Assembly (NCBI RefSeq): GCF_963921235.1
Contig: NC_086109.1
Coordinates: 26,042,001 to 26,106,000 of the forward strand
Reading direction: 5' to 3'
Origin: Mobula hypostoma
Lineage: Eukaryota
DNA length: 64,000 nt
The notes beneath the pieces were generated by a model that worked only from the letters and a program-made list of their open reading frames with translations, did no database searches and was not told the origin of the DNA. Made by a program: the position numbers and the translations under genes. Positions within the stretch are counted from its first letter, which is position 1, and each line of letters starts with the position of its first letter. Shown here piece after piece: positions 54,031-64,000 of the stretch.

Positions 54031-55086
54031 GTTCACTTCCTACTTTGCTTGCATGATCTTCATTTTTATTGTAGCACAAAACAAGACAGTTTGCTTTCTG
54101 CCACTGGAGATTAAATCTTTGTCATCTCCATGGCAGACAGACAGACAAAGAAAGGTTCAGCTTCTCTCATGTCCATTCAGTTCCACACCCTACTTGGCTG
54201 GAAGGGAGAACTGTTTCTCAAATCCTTTTGTGCCATCTTGAGGTGCAGCTTACATTAATGGAAAAGTCATCCTAATTTCAGTTCAAAACCCATATTGTTG
54301 GTTGAGTCAGGATTTCTTCGTCAGAATTTTGTAATTTAAATAGCCAACATTAATACTACTTCAATTCTGACACGACCAATTTCTGTCATGCTTTACAGTT
54401 CCTACTTATTGCTGTTTCCTCAGCCACTTTGCATTAGAGATTACATCTAATCCTCTGCAATGCTCCAGTACACAAATATTAGCTTCCAGCTTGGAAGCCA
54501 CTGACAGACAATAAAATTGATAATCTGACACCCTCAGGTAATTTTGAACTAGCAGATTTTGGAATGGATGTTACTCCCAATAATAACAAAACCACTTATT
54601 TTTATTACATTTTAACTTAATAATTTTTCCTGAACTTGATGATCTAACAAGTGGAAACAAGGCTCCAAAACCTGGCTCACACTCCAGATGACTAAGCCAG
54701 ATGCTAAACTATTGGAATTTGTGAATAATCAGTTACTGTATTATCAACATTTATTGGAGTGGCCCAAAGTAGATAATTCATAAACAAGTATGCCATTAAT
54801 AACCTGCTCTTATTGAATGCCACTTTCATTTGCTGGAGCATTTGGAACTAATAAGGTAATAAAACCTCAAGCTAATTCAATGTTCAAACTCCACTTCTAA
54901 GATACAGCACCCCACTCCTCTCAACATTTAAGTTTACCAATTAGCACAATGAAAGGTACAGAAAAATTAAGTTATTTTGATTTTCACAGTATCCCCAAAA
55001 TAATGTAAACTTGTGAATAAATTAACACCACTCTAGAAAACAAAAACTAAGATATGATGTCAGGATTATCAAATGTTTGAAAAAGA

Positions 55087-55874
55087 TGGTGGCAAAAATA
55101 GGAAAACAGATTATTATCTGAATGGTGGCCGATTAGGAAAAGGGGAGGTGAAACGAGACCTGGGTGTCATTATACACCAGTCATTGAAAGTGGGCATGCA
55201 GGTACAGCAGGCGGTGAAAAAGGTGAATGGTATGCTTGCATTTATAGCGAGAGGATTCGAGTACAGGAGCAGGGAGGTACTACTGCAGTTGTACAAGGCC
55301 TTGGTGAGACCGCACCTGGAGTATTGTGTGCAGTTTTGGTCCCCTAATCTGAGGAAAGACATCCTTGCCATAGAGGGAGTACAAAGAAGGTTCACCAGAT
55401 TGATTCCTGGGATGGCAGGACTTTCATATGAAGAAAGACTGGATGAACTGGGCTTGTACTCGTTGGAATTTAGAAGATTGAGGGGGGATCTGATTGAAAC
55501 GTATAAGATCCTAAAGGGATTGGACAGGCTAGATGCGGGAAGATTGTTCCCGATGTTGGGGAAGTCCAAAACGAGGGGCCACAGTTTGAGGATAGAGGGG
55601 AAGCCTTTTAGGACCGAGATCAGGAAAAACTTCTTCACACAGAGAGTGGTGAATCTGTGGAATTCTCTGCCACAGGAAACAGTTGAGGCCAGTTCATTAG
55701 CTATATTTAAGAGGGAGTTAGATATGGCCCTTGTGGCTACAGGGGTCAGGGGGTATGGAGGGAAGGCTGGGGCAGGGTTCTGAGTTGGATGATCAGCCAT
55801 GATCATAATAAATGGCGGTGCAGGCTCGAAGGGCCGAATGGCCTACTCCTGCACCTATTTTCTATGTTTCTATG
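55087..55874 (+). mobile_element. Young CR1 3' fragment (open ORF2 C-terminus)
   Basis: LYKALVRPHLEYCVQFWSP...NFFTQRVVNLWNSLP; tail tttctatgtttctatg. Confidence 0.95.
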
Positions 55875-55884
55875 ACGACAAAAG

Positions 55885-56216
55885 CATTTCCAGCCGCAGG
55901 GAGTCCAGAACCAGAGGGCACAGCTTCAGAAATGAGCGACACTCTTTTGGAACAGAGATGAGGAGGTATTTCTCTAGCCAGAGGGTAGTGAATCTGAGGA
56001 ATTCATTGCCACACACTGCTGTGCAGACCAGGTTACTGGGTATATTTACAAGAGATCGATAGATTTTTGCTCAGTCAGGGCATCAAAGGCTATTGGGAGA
56101 AGGCAGAAGAATGGGGTTGAGGGATAATAAATGATAATAAATAAATGATAGAATGGTGGAGCAAACCCGATAGGCCAAATAGCTGAATTCTGCCCCTATC
56201 TCTTATAGTCTTATGT
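55885..56216 (+). mobile_element. Second, older CR1 3' end
   Basis: ESRTRGHSF...RYFSSQRVVNLRNSLP and a tcttatagtcttatg tail. Confidence 0.75.
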
Positions 56217-57216
56217 TGGCAAATGAGATTGGTATAGATAGGTACTTGATGGTCATAAAAGGAAAATATAACCAATATCACTCAGCTGTTTAAAACTTCT
56301 GCCCTGGTATTCAATATTATTGTTATCTGCATCTGGCCCCATCTCCTGTTCCAGATCCGCATAGCCCTCAATTTCCTAAAACTCAAATGATCATGGACAT
56401 GGTGGATAAAAGGATCAGTTTTGTGATGTATGATTCCAAATCCACAAATGGCCTTTTTCTTTGGTGATCTCAATGATGCTTTCTATGTTGTTCCATCTGC
56501 CTTACGCCATCACATGGAAGTGTGGCCAATTTCCAGAGTCCTTAAAAATGCACGTTATACACACAAAAGAAACATTTTTCTTGAAACAAGTTTTAAGTCA
56601 CCTTGCTTCACTTTTGAAACCATATAGTTTGAGTCTCAAGTTTGAAGACCATTTTTAGAAGGTCAATTTTAAATGTGCTTTGAAATCTAGGTAGAAAAAG
56701 TAAGATTTTTCACTCTACATGGTTATTATTTTCATAAAGGTGAATTTCGTCAGGCAGAATGCTTTAAGCTGAATGCTCTTTAACTAGATTCTTTTACTTG
56801 AATTCAATTGTAGGCTGGGAAAGTCCAAAAGTGTACAGCAGTGATTGCTACATCTCAAAGAAAAAAGGTAGTTGCAACATTTCTAATCCAATGATCAATC
56901 ACTCATGTCCAATGAAATCACTATTTCTATTCCATTGACTTTTGAGAAAATATTCTATTTGCTTTTGAGCCTTTTGAATGATCTAAAACTTCACACTGAT
57001 AGGTACTAAATTAATTTTATTTAGTTTAAAATCCAAGTTGGGGGAAATAACCTACTTTTGTTTTACTTTAGAATTTCCTAAACTGAGAAAATAATGTGCA
57101 CATTGTCAAATCCAAGCAGCTTCAAATCTACAGTTAATCTTTTCATGCAACTAGCTTACAAATGCAGTACAAGAATGAGTCTAGGATTTCACTTTCACCT
57201 TTCATTTATGTTCATA

Positions 57217-58536
57217 CAGTAGCATGCAAAAGTTTAGGCACCCCAGTCAAAATTTCTGTTATTGTGAATAGCTAAGCGAGTAAAAGATGAACTGATTTCC
57301 AAAAGGCATAAAGTTAAAGATGACACATTTCTTTAATATTTTAAAAACTTTTTTTTCCATCTTTTACAGTTTCAAAATAACAAAAAAGGAAAAGGGCCCA
57401 AAGCAAAAGTTTGGGCACCCTGCATGGCAGTACTTAGTAACAACCCCTTTGGCAAGTATCACAGCTTGTAAACGCTTTTTGTAGCCACCTAAGAGTCTTT
57501 CATTTCTTGTTTGGGGGATTTTCGCCCATTCTTCCTTGCAAAAGGCTTCTAGTTCTGTGAGATTCTTGGGCCATCTTGCATACACTGCTCTTTTGAGGTC
57601 TATCCACAGATTCTCGATGATGTTTAGGTTAAGGGACTGTGAGGGCCAAGGCAAAACCTTCAGCTTGCGCCTCTGAGGCAGTCCATTGTGGATTTTGAGG
57701 TGTGTTTAGGTTCATTATCCTGTTGTAAAAGCCATCCTCTTTTCATCTTCAGCTTGCTTTTTTTTTTAAACAGACGGTGTGGTTTGTTTCCAGAATTTGC
57801 TGGTATTTAATTGTATTCATTCTTCCCTCTACTGTGTACATACATCTATTGATGCTTCTGGACACATCTTCAGTGATGTTCCTGGAATCATCGGGTGTTT
57901 CTGGTCCCCGTGCCACTGGCTGCAACACAAGCCCAAAGCATGATCGATCCACCCCCGTGTTTAGCAGTTGGAGAGGGGTTCTTTTCATGAAATTCTGCAC
58001 CCTTTTTTCTCCAAACATACCTTTGCTCATTGAGGCCAAAATGTGCTATTCAAAAGGATCAAAGGAACATCTAAACAAGCCTGATGCATTTTGGAAACAA
58101 GTCCTGTGGACTGATGAAGTTAAAATAGAACTTTTGGATAACCTGTGGATAACCTCAAAAGAGCAGTGCATGCAAGACGGCCCAAGAATCTCACAGAACT
58201 AGAAGCCTTTTGCAAGGAAGAATGGGCGAAAATCCCCCAAACAAGAATTGAAAGACTCTTAACTGGCTACAAAAAGCATTTACAAGCTGTGATACTTGCC
58301 AAAGGGGTTGTTACTAAGACCTGCCATGCAGGGTGCCCAAGCTTTTGCTTCGGGCCCTTTTCCATTTTGTTATTTTGAAACCGTAAAAGATGGAAATAAA
58401 GTTTTCTTACTTAAAATATTAAAGAAGTGTGTCATCTTTAACTTCATGCCTTTTGGAAATCAGTTCATCTTTTACTCGCTTATTCACAGTAACAGAAATT
58501 TTGGCCAGGAGTGCCCAAAACTTGTGCATGCCACTG
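57217..58536. mobile_element. Palindromic Tc1/mariner (IR-DR type) derivative
   Basis: TA|CAGTAGCATGC...GCATGCCACTG|TA. Both arms of about 390 bp carry the transposase C-terminus plus the right TIR. WPSQSLNLNIIENLW lies on minus; WKQVLWTDEVKIEL lies on plus. Confidence 0.92.
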
Positions 58537-58845
58537 TAGATTTATCCAGTGAATTGACTTCACTGGGACTTTGATCAAAGAAACTCAATCATCTCCACAA
58601 ATTCTAAAAAGTTAGTTCCTCCTTTGCAGTTGCTACTTGAAAAGCATAAGCAGTGATTAACATGGGTTAAGTATTTCTCACACGTAATCTTAAAATAATG
58701 CTTAATTTTTAATTATGGAAAATAATTTAGAAGGCAAAGCCCATTTTCTAATAACTTGCTAAAGTAACATTGCAGTTTAATTTTGTAAAATGCATAACTC
58801 TTATTTTATATACTTAAAATTGTGTCAGCTGTCTACTCACTTTAC

Positions 58846-58938
58846 CTTTTTTGGTGAAAAACTCCTTGGAATATTTTCCGGCTAGAATAAGCTTTCGAGG
58901 CATTTTTCCCAGTAGCTCAATAATCAAAGCAATGTGAT
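58846..58938 (-). CDS. SRPK1: SR protein kinase 1, penultimate coding exon (93 bp)
   Basis: Not in the ORF track. Minus strand tttttgcatttag|AT CAC ATT GCT ... AAA AAA G|gtaaa encodes (D)HIALIIELLGKMPRKLILAGKYSKEFFTKK(G). Phase 1 joins in frame to the last exon. Confidence 0.95.
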
Positions 58939-58999
58939 CTAAATGCAAAAAAATTTACAGAAAAAAAAACAATTGTATCAATATACCATATATCCATTC

Positions 59000-59600
59000 T
59001 ACCACAAAATGGCCCACAGAAAATAGTCGGTCATCAGTGTCTCAAGTCTGCCTTACTGTTTAATATGACTGATGTATGGCTCCTTTGTGCCATTTTCACT
59101 ATCCCTCTAATGCTCAATTTATCATATATTTATTAACCCCAACGTTAAATACTTATGATTCTTTTCTACCACCTGCTAAGGTGGAGCATTCACCGCTCTG
59201 CAAAAATGTCAATTTTAAATGAACAGTCCTTGCCCTATAGGTACTGTATGTCTCCTACTGAAAAGAAGCCAGCATCTACCCTGTTAATCTCCCTTAAGAT
59301 CTTATTTTCGTTATTCTTCTAAACTCCAAAGAATACAGGCTTAAACTATTTAGTCCCTCCTGGTAGAACATCCCTCCTTACCCCAGGAATATGCCAGGTC
59401 ATCCTCCTTTGTATTGCTTCAAATTGTACATGGTATTCCAGCTGATGTCTCATCAACACCCAAAGCAATTGCAACCAAACCTCACGTTTAAACTCCAAAA
59501 GCAGTGCAATGATGGCCAAAATGCCATCTGCCTTCTTAACCACTTGTTAGATGTTCACATTAGCTCTTTTTTTTTTGAGATTCAGGCACCAAAACACCTA
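59000..59600 (-). mobile_element. Old CR1 3' fragment
   Basis: VKKADGILA...LMRHQLEYHVQF motif. Confidence 0.6.
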
Positions 59601-60199
59601 GAGCAATCTAGGGGAGGATTTAGTGAGGTGACTCACTTGACAGCTCGGGCAAATATAGCAATTTCCTATTGTTCAAAGGTGAAGTCATTTGCACGCATAG
59701 GCATATATTTAAAAATATATATTTTAGTGCCATATTTATACCAACAACATAACCAACACAAAGCTGAAGGTCAAGAATTAGGAACTGCATTTTACATGGT
59801 ATATTATTGCAACGGAAAACAAATTTAGAAATTTTGTAAGTGTGCAGGTTAGAGTTGGAGGGAGCAGCACAAAACTGAAAACTTAAAATCCTGCATTCAC
59901 ACAGAAAAATCAAATTAATCTGACTCTTGAAGTGGAGAAGCAGAGTACAAAATAACACAAATTATTCTTCATGGACTTCACTAGGCTAAGTAGTGTGAAA
60001 AAAATATTTACTGGTCATGTTTATAGCCAAATATTTAAAAAATGCAAATACATCTGTGGTGGTAGATTTGATGTTACTTTTTTATAAGAAAAAATAAATG
60101 TTATCTTTTACTTGCTGATAATTTTAAAATGAACATTAGCCACTTTGAAGTAATGAGAGTATGAACCTAGTCTTGTGTGTGCACACATGTGAGACTTTC

Positions 60200-62423
60200 A
60201 CTTGTGTCAAAAAAAAGTGGATCAGCTATTGTGGGAATAGGCCAGTGCTGGATTTTGAGATCTGAGGAGAAGAAGGTATAGTTGAGTAGCAGGTTAAGAA
60301 TGGGTAAAGGTCTTTAAAAAATATATAATAGTTCATTTAAAGGATAACAAATTACAACTAATCAAATACAGATACAAGATCTGGTGATGTGCTGTAGTTG
60401 ACTGATGTGGGAGCTGGTAGACCTCATTGTGGCTCCTGATGACTTAACCTGCAGTAAGTGTCTCATGACCTGAAATTTGAGTTTCAAACACAGCCATGCA
60501 TCAAGGGATAGTTACCTGGACACTGTCAGGAGTAGTCACATCCATCAGATTAACTACTTCAAATTTGGTCTACGGCTAGGAATAAGAGGGTCATGACTGT
60601 ACATGATCCAAGGACACGAGGAGCCTCAGCCCTTGAGCTTGTCCAACAGGTTTGAGATTGTTGTTCCCTGTGAGGATGAGTTTGGGGGCTGTGGGAAAGA
60701 TGAGCAACAGAAACATGGCACTGTGTTTCAGAGAAGCATTCAAAAGGGGAACTGAGAAATGCAGTTTTAATTGAAGATAGTAGCCATAGTCAGGGAAATA
60801 GACACAATTCTCTGTTATAAGGATTGAAAGTCCTGGAGGTGTTTGAACCCAGGTATGAGGCAGAAATCTCTTATAAAGTGCAGAGGAATTTAGAGTGGAA
60901 AGGGAAAGATGCAGCTGACATGGGAAGAACAAGAGGTACTGTTGAGGGAATTCGAGCAGCTAGGGACTAAATTAGAACTCAGAACTAAGATGATAATAGC
61001 CTCTCAATTGTTACCAGAGGCACATGCAAATTGGCACAGGATTTAAAAAGATCAGGGCACTAAATGTGTGGCTCAAAGATTGGTGTGGAAGAAGTGGGTT
61101 TGAATTTGAGCGACTTTGCACCAGTACTGGGGAATAAGGGAACTGTGCTGATGGGACAGTTCTGCCTGAATCTGCTAAGACCAGGGTCTGGGCGAATCGC
61201 ATAACTAGGGCTTTTGACAGGGCTTTGAACTAAATAGATGGGGGTGAGTATACATGAAGTCTATGAGAAGCAAACTGCAGGAGAGGTTACAGAAGTCTCC
61301 AGAATAAAGACGACAAAAGTTTAGAAAGGAAAAAGAATTTAATTTCAGGCAACATGGAGAAAAAATGAAAAAGATGGTGAATGAAAGTAAATACATGCCA
61401 TATACAAAATACAGTAGATGAGCCTGCAGTAGTTAGAAGTGTGCAGGTTTGACATTGAGTATCAGAGTTGTTGCTGGAAGATCACAGCTGGAAGCTGAAC
61501 ATACAAGGATATATATTGTATCAAAAGGACAGGCAGGTAGGTACAGAAGATGGGGTGGCTTTGCTGGTTAAAAAATAGGAACTCAAACCCTTAGAACAAA
61601 GTGACATAGGATCAGATGTAGAACCTCTGTGGGAAGAGTTAAGAAGCTGCAAGGATAAAAAGACCATTTTTATACAGGCCTCCAAACAGCAGCAAGAAAG
61701 TGGGGTACAAATTACAGTGAGAGTTAGAAAAAGTATGTAAATAGGGTAATGTGATGATGGTCATAAGGTTGGGGGAGGAATTTCAATATTCAGGAGATTG
61801 GGGTGATCAGGCTGGTGCTGTATCCCAAAGACTTCATAGAATATCTCCCAGGTGGCTTTTCAGAGCAGCTTAGGGAAAATGCAATTCTGGTTTGGGTACT
61901 GTGTAATGAACCAGATTTGATTAGGGAGCTCAAGGTAAAGCCATCCTTAGGAGACAGATCATATGATAAAATTCACCCTGCAATTTGAGAGGGATAAGCT
62001 AAAATTAGATATACCAGTATTAGTTGAGTAAAGGCAACTAGAGGCATGAGAGAAGAGCTGGCCAAAGTTGATTGGAAGAGCACCTAGCAGGGAATAACGT
62101 AGAGCAGCAATGGCTGGGAGTAAATCAAAGATGCCGCAACGGTTCATCCCAAAGAAACAGCATTCTAACGGGAGGTTAAGTCTGCAGAAGGACTTTAAGA
62201 CAGATTACGAGAATGAGCAAGTGCCAGAGGGAATAGTGCAAGAAATTGCATGGACATACATTTTGATAGAAGGAATAAAGGCACAGATTATTTTCTAAAT
62301 TTGGGAGCAAATTCAGAAACCATGCAAAGATGCAAAGGATCTTGAGTCCTCATGCCAGACACCCTGAAAGTTAAGTCAGTGGTAAGGAATGCAAATGAAA
62401 TGTTACCATTCATTCCAAGAGGA
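60200..62423 (+). mobile_element. Degraded CR1 5' region (ORF1 and endonuclease relics)
   Basis: LNIQGYILYQKDR...GVALL, YRPPNS and AILVWVLCNEPDLIREL-like segments. Confidence 0.65.
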
Positions 62424-64000
62424 CATAGAAACATAGAAAATAGGTGCAGAAGTAGACCATTCGGCCCTTCGAGCCTGCACCGCCATTTATTATGATCATG
62501 GCTGATCATCCAACTCAGAACCCCGCCCCAGCCTTCCCTCCATACCCCCTGATCCCCATAGCCACAAGGGCCATATCTAACTCCCTCTTAAATATAGCCA
62601 ATGAACTGGCCTCAACTGTTTCCTGTGGCAGAGAATTCCACAGATTCACCACTCTCTGTGTGAAGAAGTTTTTCCTAATTTCGGTCCTAAAAGGCTTCCC
62701 CTTTATCCTCAAACTGTGACCCCTCGTTCTGGACTTCCCCAACATCGGGAACAATCTTCCTGCATCTAGCCTGTCCAATCCCTTTAGGATTTTATACGTT
62801 TCAATCAGATCCCCCCTCAATCTTCTAAATTCCAACGAGTATAAGCCCAGTTCAGCCAGTCTTTCTTCATATGAAAGTCCTGCCATCCCAGGAATCAATC
62901 TGGTGAACCTTCTTTGTACTCCCTCTATGGCAAGGATGTCTTTCCTCGGATTAGGGGACTAAAACTGCACACAATACTCCAGGTGTGGTCTCACCAAGGC
63001 CTTGTACAACTGCAGTAGTACCTCCCTGCTCCTGTACTCGAATCCTCTCGCTATAAATGCCAGCATACCATTTGCCTTTTTCACCGCCTGCTGTACCTGC
63101 ATGCCCACTTTCAATGACTGGTGTATAATGACACCCAGGTCTCGTTGCACCTCCCCTTTTCCTAATCGGCCACCATTCAGATAATAATCTGTTTTCCTAT
63201 TTTTGCCACCAAAGTGGATAACTTCACAGTTATCCACATTAAATTGCATCTGCCATGAATTTGCCCACTCACCCAACCTATCCAAGTCACTCTGCATCCT
63301 CTTCTGCATCCTCCTCACAGCTAACACTGCCACCCAGCTTCGTGTCATCCGCAAACTTGGAGATGCTGCATTTAATTCCCGCATCCAAGTCATTAATATA
63401 TATTGTAAACAATTGGGGTCCCAGCACTGAGCCTTGCGGTACCTCACTAGTCACCGCCTGCCATTCTGAAAAGGTCCCGTTTATTCCCACTCTTTGCTTC
63501 CTGTCTGCTAACCAATTCTCCATCCACATCAATACCTTACCCCCGATACTGTGTGCTTTAAGTTTGCACACTAATCTCCTGTGTGGGACCTTGTCAAAAG
63601 CCTTTTGAAAATCCAAATATACCACATCCACTGGTTCTCCCCTATCCACTCTACTAGTTACATCCTCAAAAAATTCTATGAGATTCGTCAGACATGATTT
63701 TCCTTTCACAAATCCATGCTGACTTTGTCCGATGATTTCACCGCTTTCCAAATGTGTTGTTATCACATTTTTGATAACTGACTCCAGCAGTTTCCCCACC
63801 ACCGACGTTAGGCTAACCGGTCTATAATTCCCCGGTTTCTCTCTCCCTCCTTTTTTAAAAAGTGGGGTTACATTAGCCACCCTTCAATCCTCAGGAACTA
63901 GTCCAGAATCTAACGAGTTTTGAAAAATTATCACTAATGCATCCACTATTTCTTGGGCTACTTCCTTAAGCACTCTGGGATGCAGACCATCTGGCCCTGG
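62424..64000 (-). mobile_element. Young CR1 LINE, RT region, running off the window edge
   Basis: [10 protein letters not shown]...NYRPVSLTS...[10 protein letters not shown]...VPQGSVLGP...KFADDTK. One frameshift near 63300 and one stop near 62960; (catagaaa)n tail. Confidence 0.95.

Noticed and set aside
55073..55806. 236-aa and antisense 230-aa ORFs as host genes
   Set aside because: They are the CR1 ORF2 C-terminus and its antisense shadow; the same sequence recurs at 62424-63211.

Overview
Repeat-rich vertebrate genomic DNA. The CR1, Rex1/Babar, Penelope and RTE landscape suggests a cartilaginous fish, probably a batoid; this is inference only. Two convergent genes are present. On the + strand lies the 3' part of an LHFPL tetraspan gene, called LHFPL5/TMHS from synteny and exon structure: a 237-bp coding exon at 21520-21756 and a short stop-codon exon at 43580-43622. 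On the - strand lie the last two coding exons of SRPK1 (58846-58938 and 53241-53425). The rest is intronic, UTR or intergenic and holds many transposon fragments. Non-obvious structures: (1) a heavily decayed 8.5-kb endogenous retrovirus in LHFPL5 intron 2, with two LTRs, a tRNA-Pro PBS and protease, RNase H and integrase relics under nested LINEs; (2) a BovB-like RTE with an inverted 5' piece; (3) a palindromic Tc1 built from two right ends; (4) a Penelope-derived hairpin carrying a hammerhead ribozyme core; (5) two near-identical young CR1 copies in inverted orientation around an SRPK1 exon; (6) a hAT Charlie/Buster fossil between the two gene ends. I found no prokaryotic-type system, CRISPR array or convincingly new protein-coding gene. 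Repeat family names and comparisons to human proteins come from recalled motifs, not database searches. Repeat boundaries are approximate unless termini are quoted.
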